Assembly: GCA_973851085.1 (NCBI GenBank)
Contig: OZ316775.1
Location: forward strand, 8,618,001 to 8,682,000
Direction of reading: 5' to 3'
Length of the DNA stretch: 64,000 nt
Source: Ptychomitrium polyphyllum
Taxonomy: Eukaryota
Shown: one piece after another, positions 1 to 14,227 of the stretch
Numbering within the stretch: position 1 is the first letter of the stretch
Layout: each line of letters opens with the position of its first letter
The notes under the pieces: model-generated
Database searches by the model: none
What the model saw: the letters and a program-made list of their open reading frames with translations, nothing else
What the model was told of the DNA's origin: nothing
Translations under genes and position numbers: made by a program

Positions 1-1898
1 TGCGGCGACGCCACAGGCACCACCGGAGTTGGTCTCACCACCTCCTTCACGGGAGTGACCCTCCCTGGCGTCGGAGAGGACGGAACACACTGCGAAACTC
101 CCGCACTCGTCGGTGTCGGCACAGCACACGTCTGTGTTGCGCAGGGAAGGCCGGCCTGTGCCTCCCACCCGGAACTGGAGCCTACGGGAAAATGCCCGGA
201 CCCCATTGCTCCTTGCATCTGAGATCCAAGGGTGTTCTGGATTGTTATCGACGCTGCTGCTATTTGCGCGTTCAGACTGCTTTGCAGCAGTGCGATGAGA
301 TGCTCTGGTGATGGACCCGTCAATCTCGAAAGAAGGCGTTGGGCCTCCACGGCCACACTGGTAGCTCCATGACCGTTGCTGGCTGCCAACTGTTGCGCCT
401 GCTGACCGAACGCAGATGTCAGGTGGTGGGGATTCGTCAGCAGCTGAGCCCACAAGGGTGTGGTTCGATTTATGTCCTCCAGCGACGCACTGATGGCCTT
501 CCTCAGAAGCGCCTCCCTATCGAACGCTGGAGCATTGACCCGCTCCAGGGACGCCGTCCCTGCATCACGACGGGAAAAAACCATACCGTAAATCTAGACG
601 CCACCGCAACCGAAACACCCAGTCGGTGCAATTACCAATCATGTGCGGCGTCACGACCGAACTTGGCCGGGGGCATGTAACTTCCGCGTGATTTGGCCCC
701 TCCACTGTCCGAGCTTACTCGCCAGCGAAAAGGTTCCAGGATGACCTCGACCCCGGGAGGAAGAACTGCACGAGACAAAATCAAACATCGTGAATCACGA
801 TCGCTTACCTGTTAGCTGAGACAGGATATTCAGCAGACTTCCGATCAACCCTGACCCGCCTTTCAGCCGCTCTTCTTCGGCCAGGATGTACGCCCGAGCG
901 GCATCTGCATCTGGCTGAGCCTTCCTCCTGCGCCTGTTGTGCCCGGCCAGGCGTCTCCGACAGCTCCGCTTGCCTTCGTCGAATTCTTGCAGTGGATGAA
1001 ATCTGCACAAACGGACGTCACCTCACCCTCAATGGAAGGCCACAGCCATTACCGCGCTGACACTCGCATAGGCGGCTACCTGCATCAGTTCACGTGCATC
1101 CACTGCGCATCTGCCACTCAAAGTACAAACAGGAGCCCGGAACTGAAGACTGGACGTCCGAGCCGACACAGACATGGTCCATGATTCTCCACCCTGTCCG
1201 CTGGGTGCCTCCAGATGTGGAAACCGGACGATGGTGTCGCAAGGCCACAACTCAGTTCCACGTCTACCTAAATAGTCCGGGCAAACCCTGACCAATTCTC
1301 CAGACTGCCCAACTCTCATCCTCACAGGCTTTGAGCGAGTGACGCACCTGCTGCATTGCTGACAGAAACGTTGCATTAGGCGAGAAACGGGTGCCTTCGT
1401 GGATTTCGAGTGCATCTCGCAAACTTTGTGGCGCCTGTAATAGTCCTTCGCCCTGCTGAGATCTGCCTTGCAGCCATCCACCTGGCATGACGGCGCCTGG
1501 TACTGGGGTGATGACGACCGGTTCCGCTTGCCATTTCGAGAACCACCTGCGTTCTCTTCCGCGTGCGCATATGCATCTCCTCCGAGCTTCAAGAGCGATC
1601 CCACTGCATCCTGTGAGTCATCGTCTCCAGGCAAGCTGCGCCCGTCGTTGAAGGGAGGGGAGGGAGTCTCCCTTCCGAACCCAGGCCTTCCCGTATTCCC
1701 CCTCTCATCCTCCTCGCTGCCCCTGCCACCTTGCTCTCTCGTCGAAGGCCTGTCTGCTGATTTTCCACCACCCGACACTCTGTGACTGCCTCCGTTTCCA
1801 TTGCTGTCCGACTGCCCTGGATCCTCCGAACACCCTTCCCCCCTCTCCCCGGCGCGTCGAGCGACGAACTTTGCAGGATCCCAGTTCCAGTTCTTCAT
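1..1898 (-). CDS. SBP-box (SQUAMOSA promoter-binding-like) transcription factor, SPL1/12/14/16-like; 3' part lies outside the window
   Basis: Exons ~1898-1348, 1002-809 and 559-<1 with GT..AG boundaries. The SBP domain [28 protein letters not shown]...[35 protein letters not shown] is split at the canonical intron. N-terminal WDxxxWxWD motif. The start codon is uncertain (see findings). Confidence 0.93.
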
Positions 1899-4230
1899 GT
1901 CCCAGTGAGGGGGGAAAATACCCCCTCCTCCGATCCCATCACCATCTTCCGAGGATACGCGTCCATTCCTGCCCTCCGCATTATTTGGGCGCGATGGCTG
2001 TATTCCGCCGGCTGTGAAACGCAACACCTCTCGGTGAGATTCTCAAACTGCAACGAGTCAAGTACCAATGTGGTCGTGGTTCCACCGAGAACGAACCAAC
2101 AAGCAAGCACAAGCGCTCATGGAACTCACGAACCATGACCACGTCCACAAGCACTAACGTCGTACAACAGGGTGCCTCCACTTTCGACCCCATGGTACGA
2201 AAACGACGGCGTCGTTTCTCTTCGCATGCAACGCCGTACTATACTCTCACATACATGGAGGCATCAGGACGGCCTCACGACCGGAGACTTACTTGGAAAG
2301 AATTGGTGCTGAAAGAAAGGGGGGCTCGTGCCGCTGCGCGCGTCAACGCCAAGCTGACTCGCGTCTCTCTCCATTGCGACCTTTCACCGACTCCCACTCG
2401 GCCTAGAAACAGATGCTATCCCACCCCGAAAGCGGGCGTGCCTGCGCACTCGCAAGTGACGGCCAATCCGCGTGCTGCAGATCGACCAAGACTTCTCCAC
2501 GCACGATAGAGCAACCTCCACTTGCCGGTGACCGAGGCGTTCCAACCTTAGCTGCTAAGAGTATGACTGGAGACGCATCTTCGGGCCAAGTCTGAGGAGT
2601 GGTCCTCCGGAACCCACAGCCTTCCAGCTGGGCGTGCTCGCCTCCACGCTACAGCAGGTGAACCTTGACTTGCTCGAGCGACAGCCAAGACTCGTAGGCA
2701 AGCATAAACATCGTTCCTGTCCGGGATACGCACTCCACCCAGCTTCCAGACGAGACGAGATATCGCTGCCAGCAACACCAGAGCAGCTCGAACCAGGCGG
2801 TCCCAACTAGCGAGAAGACAAGCGCGGTACCGATCCCGACCTATAAGCGGATACCGGAACGGAAACACCGGCCGAAACAAACAACTCCCACCACCGCTGC
2901 ATCGATCATCCCCGCTTCCTCAGAAACGCAGCCATCGGCCGCTCCGCCGCGCCAGCCAATCCACCCTCCACGGGGTCCTCCTGCCAGGCCACGGGCTTCA
3001 CCTCAGCGCCATTGTCCAAAACCCTCGCGAATTGGAATCGTGCAGGTCCAGGGCTGGAAAGAAATAGCAGCTGGACGCGGCCGCTGCACAACCCCAGGGC
3101 CTTGCTCGCTGCCACAGCAGGCGTCGACGGCACAAGTCCCTCCCCTGTGTGATTCCAGTATCTTGGCGGGCCCAGCTGCACCACTCGCGAGGGTACTGAA
3201 CTTCGAGCCAAAGCCCCTCACTTTCCACCTCTATAGCAGAGCTCCACAGTCCAGCTGTGCGCAACCCCCAGAGCACCGTGACGAGAGCACAATACCTCGC
3301 GGAAGCCGTGAGAGAATTCCCAGTGCATGGAGGTACAACATACGCCGAACGTATGTCGATCTCAGCAAGCCCCCTCCGAACTGAACATCACATCGGCATC
3401 GGCTGCGACATTTCGGAATGCGCCAACCTCAACGACGGACCTGGATTGTTGCAACTCGCTCGTCGAACCCGCATAGGACGAACCTCCAGCATCTCGGATC
3501 CCGCACAGTGTAACTCTTCCCTGCATCACGACTGAGAATGTCTCCCTTCCACTGCGACGCACCACATTCCGGTCAAGTGCAGGATGTAGAAGTTTCTCGT
3601 CGACCACGGTACAGCACCCTGCCCGACTAACAGCCCGCCGGCCACGTCCTTCAGCCGTCTGTCATCCGCGCCCCTCACAGCCCGGACGGGATCTCTCCCT
3701 GCGCATCAACGTCCACGGTACCCGGCCTCAGAGGATTTCCAGCTCATATTGCCCCTGCGAATAGAAGGAAGCTCAGAGAGCAAAAACCGCTTAGATAACA
3801 ACCATGCTGAGGGACGAATTTTTGAGGAGAGAGAAACCTTCTGGGTACAGCCGCGTCGCGCCGTCTCCGAGAGTCGACCGCAGAGCCATCCATCACTTCG
3901 CGCCTTCGCAGGAATCTCGAACCTAGAACGCCAACTTCAGAACATCACGTAAAACCCGTCAACTATGGAATCAGAACGGCAACGAAATCCGACCCTCCCC
4001 TAACGATACCACGCGCAAACAAACCCTACCAATTCCGCAAGGGGACCGCACCACAGCAACCGGAGGAGAGCCACGGTGCCGCAAACGACAACACGGGACA
4101 CCCAAGCTCCGTGGACGCGCAAGCGAGCACGCATCGGTACGGAAATCATCCGGTTCGGCGAAACACCAACAGCGATGCGCAGGAACGGAAGCAAAACGCA
4201 ACTCGACCATTCCTCACCTCACACGAGCTC

Positions 4231-4252
4231 GGGGGGGGGGGGGGGGGGGGGG
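4231..4252. repeat. G22 homopolymer in the GC-rich region upstream of the SPL gene
   Basis: 22 consecutive G read directly. Confidence 0.95.
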
Positions 4253-7200
4253 CGCTGGTCGCGCAAGCCAGGGAAACCGCGCCCGCAGGCGCTGTCCGGG
4301 CTCAAATTGCACGGGGCGCGCGTCGGGCGCAGGCGAGCGGGGGCAGCGAGGGCAGCAGAGGGAGCGCGGGAGTGAGCTCCGATCGGCAGCTGCGGAGGGC
4401 AGCATCCAGCATCGACGCGGCCATGGAGTCCGTCGGGGGTCCCTGTGAGCAGTGCCAGCGCCGTGCACACTCAGTGCCCGAGCAGCAGAGCGATGACCCC
4501 TGGATGAACAGACGGCCGCGTCGCCTGGACGGATGACCTCGCGATGAATGCCGCAGCGTCCGGACACACGACGAACAACGCGCTTCGAGGGCTGCGGCGG
4601 GCCAGTGCCACCCGTCGCTGTGCGGGCATCCGCAGCTTCACTCTGCACAGCACCCCCGCAGCTTCGCGGGCAGCCTAGTGGAGCAACGACGGAATTATAG
4701 CAGTAAATTGTCTGAGTTTCGGGGTGCTTTCGTGAATGGGGAACCAAAATTCTCAATCCCTCATAATACAGTGGGCGGAATTTTGTTTCTTGTTCTGCTG
4801 TTGTGATGTCAAGATAGGCATTGCAACTTTGGGATCATATCCTCACCTTCTTTTCCATTGCTTTCCGCAGGAGCCATACCTCTTGAATGTACCTTTTGTC
4901 TACCGTCTGCGACTCTTTACTTCAAAATTATCGTCTACTACAGCAGACCTGACTATGATATGATATTCAACCATGAAGTTTTTTTAAGTTTGAGAAACTT
5001 AATCCAGTCAGGTCCATTCCCACCACCTTCTATAGTGCTGCAACATTGCACCAAGATTCCATTTCTGACGTACTGATCATTCTGACCACTCGCAGGTGAC
5101 GAACTTATGTACCACTGTATAAGTCTCTGAAGTTCGTTTCCTTCATTTTTAACACTTTCAGCGCAGCCTGATACGTCGGCGTGGACCAATTAATGAGTGC
5201 CACGTGAGCTTCCTGGAGATATGACCCTGAATCTCCACTGCGGCGTCACATTCGTTGCTGGTAACGACCTTCTCGTATTGAAGTAGCCGGGAAGTTCAGC
5301 ATCTCGTATGTATGCTGTGAGTGCCGCTTTCAGTCCCTTTCAAGTTGAACCAGCTGCCATGGATAGGTGCCAACCACCTGTTCTGAATTTGCTACTCGCA
5401 TGTGCCAATCGCGGTTTCCTCGCCTTCAATGTGAACATCTTTGAAAGAATGTCCGGAACGACATTCAGTGTTTGTAGCCCAACAAAGATGCTTGGCCCAC
5501 TGAGGTGTCCTTACGTGCGCACGTGGTCGATCCAGGATGAGTACGATGATAAACTTAACGATCCGGTATGACGCGTGTCCCCATCTTGAGATGAATGTGC
5601 CGTACAGCCTAACGTTAAGTTTGGAAGTTCCGAAGCACGAGGGTTGAAACACTGGATCAACATATTGCGCTTGCCAAGATCAAATGACCATTCTTGCATT
5701 GCATGAGTTCTTCTGTAGCATGTATAGTCTACCCTTCATAAATGTTTGGCTCCGCGGAGTGGGAATTTTGTAGCGTGTACTGTAGTTCAACACTTTACCA
5801 AATAGGAAGAGAAGAATTTCAAGAGTTACTAGTAAAAAGTCCTTACATGTTTCTTTTAAAAAAGAAATTGCTGTATTGGATACTTAACTGAGTGGTTATT
5901 TGCATTATCTTTAATAATGTTTTCTATTCAATATATATGAAGTAGATGCCATGGAGTTAAATGTTTTTTGGTAGTTAGTGCTTAGAATTTTTCAGTTAAC
6001 AATTTTAGGAGATCAAATAAATAAAAGTGTAAAATTCATGAAAAGTTAAATATATTATTCATTCATTTTTGTAGAAGGATTCCCTGTTTTTATTACATCT
6101 AAGCTTTAATTTTATAGTGGTATTTTAAGCTTAAATACGTAAAGCATGATTCTTAATTCATTTTTTTATAGTTGTCATTGACAAAATAAATGTCAAAACA
6201 AACCATATTCTACTTGCACTAATCTTTAAGATTTTCATGAAATCAATCTTTATGTGTAGAATAAATTGTTACATATAATTCATCATTTTTTCATCAAAGT
6301 TTAAAAGAAGAAAAACATAATAATAAAAACTTTAAAAATAGTATAATTAAAAATAATCACATCAAAAAATTGGGTATATCTTCTTAATATATTTTTGCAC
6401 ATTTTACTTAATGATCTAGAATTTGCAAAAAAATGAAATGAAAGTTGTTAAACTTGCAAATGAAATAAAAGTTGCTAAATTTTTGAGCAAACAATTAAAA
6501 AGGTAAGTATTCAAATTTATAATGTTCAATTGCTAAAGTTGTTCATTTACAAATTTTATAATCATAAATATTTAAAAATTTAACAAGACATTTTTCCTTC
6601 ATTAAGTACTTGATCTTAATAAAAATATTAGATTAAATTCTAGCTCAAGTCTACTTGCTATGTTGAATCTTTTGCATCAATATAAGGTATTTTCAAGAAT
6701 TAGAAGACACTTCAATATAAGTAATTTGATCATAATTGTGTATTGTTTTTGAAAAATTTAGACCACCTTTTGACATTACAAAGCAATTGTCAAATCCATC
6801 ATTATTTTCTAATGATTTTCTATGTACAAGCACAATTATAAAATAACATTTCATCAAGTTTTATTTAAATATAATTTTATCAATGTTGGTATAATAATAG
6901 AATTTCAACTTCAAAATGCCATCAACCAAATCAAGGAACCATTTTAAATTATTAAAACATTATAATTTTTCAATCTTTTTAAATCTAGGAATAAAATTAT
7001 TATTACAACATCTACAATTAGTCTAACACAAAGCTGTACATTAATGATTTTAATATTTTACTTTGTTTACATCTATGAAATTTATAAAAATTGATGTTTC
7101 TAATCAATAAAAATATTCACACTTTTGGAATTAACTATATGTGATTTATATTAATTAAATAAATTATTAATAAATAAACAATACATTATTTGTTGATTTA

Positions 7201-10200
7201 GTATAAATATGTTAGCTATTTAGTTTTTGCAAGTAATAGCTTTAATGTACAATGTCCTTCTTCTTTAAAAGAAAAAATTCTTATAGTAGAATGATGCCTT
7301 TGAAAGATTATTTTCCAAAATATTTGTGAACAATACTATTATATAGTCAAGTTTATATTAATTCATTGTGGTAGTTAATTTTTTTTTACAATATTAGAAG
7401 TATATAAATATTATACACATATATCCTTATATTTATATATATTCATAAATGTTTTCAAGTTTACTTCATCAAAAGATTGTATAATTTTCTTCATAAGATA
7501 AAGCCTCAAATCATCTTACTTTATTCTTACATATGATTCTTATTATCTTGATTGAAAGTAAAAATAGACTTCATTTGTAGCTTTTGAAGAAATATTTCTA
7601 TAAAGAAAAAAAGAAACTAACTTTCATCCATTTTGAATAAATGAATTTGCATAAATGCCTTTTAAATTTCTTTTATAAGAAAGGTAGACATTACACCATA
7701 TAATCAACACAAACTTTAAAGAATCTAATACAAAAACAAAGATATATTGGATTTGGTGTTGGTTGTCAAATCAAAAGTTTATTTATTGATTGAATAAGAT
7801 TTTGTATGTTTTAGATTTGAATTTTTATAACTTAATTGAATAATTGAGTCATACAAAATGACTTGGTATTGAATTGAATCCTACTATAATAATTATATGT
7901 AGAGCACAAGGACTTTGTAATTGTTGATAACACATCTAATTTAAAAAGATTTCAATATATGAATATTTTGAATGTATTTACTCAAATATTGAAAATATTT
8001 CAATATAAGCTATTTTATATTATAACTTCAAGCTTCCAAATTATTGATGATGAATAAATTCAAAAGAATCCCTTCATTATTATAAATAATAATTTATTAC
8101 TTATTGATAAAATTCACTTCACTATATTTTCTTTAATTCTTGTATTAGTTAATCAATATTAAAATGGTTTGAATTTTTGCAACATCTGTACTAATATCTA
8201 ATAAGCAATTTTTAGTCGGTTAAAAATTCAAATTTCAAGAATTCTTTGAGGGTCCTTAATAAAAAAAAATAATGTCAAAGGTTGTCAATATTTTCTCATT
8301 TATAAAGGTCAATTTAAAAATAAAAAAAGGTTTTAGAAGTTATTTTGAATAGTAGTAATATGACAAAATTATTCAAATTATATATATATACATACATATC
8401 TCAAATAATACCTTACAATTTATTTTTTACATGCTTGTTATAATAGGAGTAGAAACTAAATTTACAACAAATCTTTTCAAGATGTTAAATTTCAAGAAAC
8501 GTTAAAAGAGGAAGAAGATAACATATTTAAACAACATTAAAGAATATCCTTCTTAATGTGAGAAATTGAGTCAAAATTGAGTACACTTAGACAATTTCTA
8601 AAATGCATTAAGCACATTTATTTCTTGGAACTTATTTAATAAGTATAGTGTGGTTAGATTTACTTTCATAAAGATACTCTTTTTATTGTTTTAGTATGGT
8701 CAGACTAAACCTTGTATAAACTAGAACAACCTAATTTTTAGCCATTTATAAAAAACCCACGATGCAATTAGAGTTAGATTTTGAGATTTTAAATTTTTTT
8801 TGAAGGAAACAACATAAAATATCATTGTATTTTTTTTGAGTCACATGTAGTTTCATGCAAATTTAAGAATATAACCAAAGGTGGAGACAGGCTTCTCCAG
8901 AACCGGCCAACTATGCATGCCATGTTTGCTTAATCACTATTAGAAAAAATCTTGCTTGTTTTACTTATAAACTAAAGTAAGTCATTGGCATTGCACTCAA
9001 CATAACACATGAAACCTTGCCCATATTACCAACCGGCATGCATACAAGACCTATGATAAACTCAAGATAAATACTTGCTAATTTGAACAACTAATAGTCA
9101 AATTTACTGTGAACAGCAGCTTGGGTTCAATCCTGGTAGCAATGTGTATTCCCCAATATATGGGACAAGATTCCTTGTGGTGATTAGAAACTGACAAGGA
9201 ATGATTACAGGCGTCACGAACGGGTGGGCGGGTAAACCAAGCAGTTCTACCTGAGGGACAATTTTCAGTTCTACATAGTTTTTGTGATACTTACTTTAGA
9301 ATGTTTCTACATATCACAATACATCTGTTGATGTTTTGGTGACGCAGTCACCAATCTCTGACTCTCCATTCTGAACATTGAGTCACCTCGCATGGACGGT
9401 ACATCACACAGTTTGGCTCCAGTACCACATAACCTATCATTCAAGATCTTTACCAGCCCATGCGCAAGGGTGATCTAGGTTTTCTTACTGGTGCTTAGTA
9501 CATAAGTTACAGACAGTTGAAGCTGGCTTGAAAATTTCGTTGCATGCAGAAGTCAGTGAAAATCTTATTGCAACAGGTGACAGTTACACTATCAGAAGAA
9601 CTTTGACCTCTTCTTAAAGCTGGCAAGAATCATGAATAATGAACCTATCAATAGTTTACTGATTGAACTCTTTACAGTAAACATATTCTTTCATATTCAG
9701 AGTCATGCCGTTTGAGATGTTCAGTAATTTAGACTACTACAGTAGTTATGGAGATGAAAAGGAAGCTTTAGTAGCTTTTGGCAGAGGCAGTTGTGGTGCA
9801 TGAATCACCTCGCTGTTAGTCTGTTATCTTATGTCTACAGAAACACATTTATCTTCTACATTTGTAAAAGTGCCTAATTACTGCTCAACGATGGCACATA
9901 AAGAAACGAACTGCTCACAAAAAGTGCATGTTAAAGCGCTCAGTAACTAGACTAAGCAAAGAAGCATGAAAATATTAAATGCTGTTATAATGGGCCCTCA
10001 TTTCAATTGATGAAAGTCCCTAGAAAATAGAAATCACATGTACCAATTTTAAGCCTGCCTTAACAGCTGTTGTAAGAAAACCATGGTGAGTACAGCTACT
10101 AGAAGGGCCTAAGTTATGGTGATGCACGAGACAGGCATGAACTTTGCACAAACCAAAACACATGGCCTTCTAGTAAGATGATGCCACCAATTTGGTGGAA

Positions 10201-10915
10201 CTAAAAAATATTATGGTGTCAATGGTCTGTATCAATGTAGAAAAAGTGTTCTACTCAGCACCCCAATGCAAAACAACCTGATTTCACCTGTGACCTTTCC
10301 GTCAGCATACCAAAGTGCGCCGAATGCAAAAAAGACCATCCTCTCTGACAGGGATTGGCACATACCAACCGGCTTACACGAAGTCCTCTCCCGTTGTACA
10401 TACCAATAGAACATTGAGCAGACACAGGTAAGGTTCGAGGAGGCAAAGTTCGAGTGTGCAAAGTTCCTGAAGAAAACATCATCAAGAGAAAATATCACCT
10501 TCTGTCAACAGTCCCTACTAAACTTCATAAGCACATTCCTCCAAATCAACAAACTAGCTATAGAGAACACAAGTTATAATATTACCCGGTTTCACCAAGC
10601 AATCGCGAGTAGGTCCATATATGTAGTGGAATTATCTTGTTAGGAACATTACAAATTAACAAGAACTTCTAGCAGACTTAAGACCACTTTGAACTTGGCT
10701 AAAATAATCTTGGTATTGATATACACAAGAAAGCTTTACATAAAAATACACGTGTTTCTACAATATACCGAAGTGCAGAAATCTTGGGTCCAGTGTTTTT
10801 TATATCAACCTTTGTGAGCAACAGAAGGGTTTGAAAGTGCATCTCGCATTGCAATTTCTGGTGCTGCATACAGGAAACAATCACACCTTCATCATAATTT
10901 ATCATAACTAATGTC

Positions 10916-13900
10916 TCAAGCAGAAGCTGTGACAAAGGCTCGAACATCTGGTAACAACAGAGATGCTAACTTGTAAATAAATTCTCTCTGTAGTATAATC
11001 AAGTATGACAACACCCTCTAATTCTGAGGTCAACCAACTGAAATATTATCACATCACCATCTTTGATACTATCGCAGATGACACATGACTGAAGTAACAA
11101 GTGCAAAAATGTCCTAGCACTTACCAGGAACGCCTGTGAAGTACTTGAACTGAGCAAAGGCCTGCCTGTAAAACATTTCCTCCCCACTCACGTCGATAGC
11201 GCCAATCTCTGTTGCATCCTTCAAGAGCTGTGTCTCTTTTGGTGTATAGACAGCATCAAATACCAAAGAATAGGCACTCAAGGCATCCTGAGCAATGTCA
11301 CACTATGTTCTTATACGCCATTGATATAAATCACAACGTTAACGCGAGCAGATATACAAATCGCTTCCAATTTTTTTGCTTACTTTTATTTATGCTCAGC
11401 CTAGCTGTCTCTAACGAACATTCAGAATGGGTTAGGTGCGCAGGTGTCTGTCCAACTGGAAGAGGCAATAGAGTTCCTTTCTTGATCAAAATTCAGATGT
11501 ATCATACACTCAGTTCTAGGTGAGGAACAGCTTCTGATAATCCAAAGGAATCGAAATACGGTAAGAAGTACGAAACGTGGGAAACCAACCTTGGAAATTG
11601 GGGACTTCGTAACTTCTGGCTCCATCCCAATAGACGTACTGTTGGCAAGTATCATGCCGGTTTCAGGGCGAAAGTCTGATAGCTTCTCAAGTTCTATTGC
11701 CTCCGCGCCTACAGACTCTGCAAGTGCCTTCGCTCGCTCTGAGATGCCACGGAAATAAGCATTAGTTCAGGCATACGCTTGATTTCAATGCGAAGAGCAG
11801 AAGCGTGAAGGGGTTACCATAATTGCGGTTGGCAACAGCAACTCGGGCGTGTCTTTCTTTAGCACCATAAGCCAAGGCTTTCCCAGCTCCACCAGCTCCA
11901 ATCACTACAAACAGCTTATCTTTCAATGGAGAGTCATTGTTGGTTGCAAGCCCTGTGAGCAGACAAGCTCTCCTTAGCAAAGAGGACGATTGTAAAGTTT
12001 AGCATCTTTCAAATACCTATCTACCAAGGTGAATCATTTTCTACATTTTTGATGAGGTGTCCTGTTTTTGAAACATGAAGGGAAGCATACACACAACTTG
12101 ATTAGAAAAACCACAAGCCTTCTGCTCAGGGGATAGATGAACTTGACACATTAAGAGATAACTATTTGTTTTCAGCTCCAATTGTGCAAACAAGCATATT
12201 AATAATATGACTTTGACGCAATAAGAGTAAACACAAATATTAATACCAGAATGACGAAGTCCGTCTTCGATAGCTGAGAGGGCACCTTCACAGTCAGTAT
12301 TGTAACCCTTCAACTCTTCATCCTCTCGTATAACAGTGTTCACTGCACCAATACCCTGGGATTTCACAAACGGCAAAATAAAGAGTTCAGTTTATATTGG
12401 TTCTCATATAAGGTTCTACAGAGGCTCTGCATAGCCTTCTAGGACTGTACATGAGATAAACCTGAAATACCCACCTTGGCAACAGATTCAACATCATCGC
12501 ACAACCTCAGTGCATCTTCCTTGTATGGTATCGTGACGCTGCCACACTCAATTCAAGTGTAGTAAGTAAAATTGAGAACCAGCATCCTCAGCGCCAGAAA
12601 AGTTATCTCTCCAGTGAAGTCTAAGAAGCAGGTTTTAGTGCCTTGAAAAGAATCTAGAGTCAAAAGAAAATGACACAAGATACCAAACAAGAACTTGATA
12701 AATAGATGATAGATAGGTGCAAAGTAGTACCTGAAACCACGAAAATGGGACGTGTTATAAACGCTCATGAAATGAGCGAAATCATCAACAAGAAAGGGCA
12801 CATAGACGTAATTAAGGTTGAGCTCTGCAAAACCTCTGTTATGAAGAATAGGGCCTTTGCTGTGATACACAGGCTTGCCAACCACTCCACAGACTATAGT
12901 GTCTCGATCCATAGACTTCACCCTGTCAGTGCACGTTCAAATTAGAACATACAAACAACCAACTGAGTGATTAACACCACCTTAATACAAAATGATTATC
13001 ATTCAAGATACGTGGACCAACTGAAATCAGGCAATGTAACTTTCTTCACTTCTAGAATAGAAAACAATTAGATAAAAAAATGATGCTAGTCATCGTTATA
13101 ATGGAAAGAGTGAGATGAAGAAGCAGTACCTGTACACTTCAATAAGATCCTGCACAGTGGGCTGACCAGGCGCAGATTCCTGACCTTTACTCAATGCTCC
13201 AAAAGTCAAATAGCCACCAAACTTTGGAGAAAGTAGACGAGAGATCATCCCCGTCGGTCCCATGACTAGTCCAATTGTTGGTCGCCCCTACAGTGACATT
13301 GTAATGTGAGTCCGTGCCGTAAAACACTCAGAGCCCAACAATCACGGGGAGTGTGAAACAAAGGCCATACATAAGAAATCCAATCACAGGAAGGTTGACT
13401 TGTTCGCACAGGAAATTAGATTCATTGATAAACAGCGCTAAACTTACTTTAGCTTCAGAAAGAAGGTGAAATACTCGTGAAACATCCGTGATGTCTTCAG
13501 CTGTGGTGACATATTTTACGATATCTCCACCAGTAGCCCACATTTGTTCAATAGTGGTGTCAATCTCCTCTTGTGACGGGGTAAATTCCCAGTTATGATT
13601 TGATACAATGACCTTCGTTGAAGACTTGATTCTATTGTCCGTCAACTTTTTGATGAACTCCCCAGCCACCTGTAAAATGAACATCCCAATGAGTGTACTA
13701 TTAGATACTGTTATCTACACCCTGTAAAACTAGTTCTAAATCTTCCGGAGAAAGAGTCGGCAACACACCTTGAACTCAACGTCAATGTAGTCGGCTCCTA
13801 GTTCGTAAGCCCTTCGCAGGAGGTTTTGCCTTGTTTCTTCATTACCCTCGTACCCTTCATTGCTATCAGCTTTACATTCCCATTTAGCCCTGAAACCCCC

Positions 13901-14227
13901 ACAAGTCAACACACAAAAGCTTTAATAATATGAAAAACTTATGTCTGTACATGCTCCAATAGTATGGACGGCAACCAAGCCCCTCCTGAAATAGCAAGTT
14001 GTAATTGCAGTAAACAGGCTATACCTAGGGGTGACAATAACAGGCAAAGGTCTGTCCTTCAACAGAACAGGCAGATCCGATTCGGCATTGAAATCCGTGA
14101 TACAGTCCACCCGTAACTCGGCTACATCAGCTCCGCTTTCTTTTGCCAATTGAAGCTGGAAAAGCATTTCATTCACCGTCTTCGCGATTAGTGGAGTACA
14201 TATGAGACATTTTTGTGAACGCTCCAT
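10916..14227 (-). CDS. Bifunctional 3-dehydroquinate dehydratase / shikimate (quinate) dehydrogenase, about 11 exons
   Basis: Spliced translation: MERSQKCLICTPLIAKT...ELRVD...ADYIDVEF...SNHN...GGDIVK...SRLLSPKFGGYLTFG...SAPGQPT...KPVYHSKGPILHN...FSVTIPYKE...IGAVNT...GYNTD...IGAGGAGKA...NRNY...NSTSIGM...FDAVYTP...GEEMFYRQAFAQF...; putative last exon 10947-10916. Confidence 0.93.

Noticed and set aside
2135..4756. Many overlapping 60-180 aa ORFs on both strands
   Set aside because: Expected by chance in GC-rich DNA; low-complexity Arg/Ala/Gly content and no recognisable domain.
5800..8850. Very AT-rich stretch (similarly 15800-17650 and 30040-33100) that may be ancient transposon debris
   Set aside because: No termini, TSD or translatable motif that I can support.
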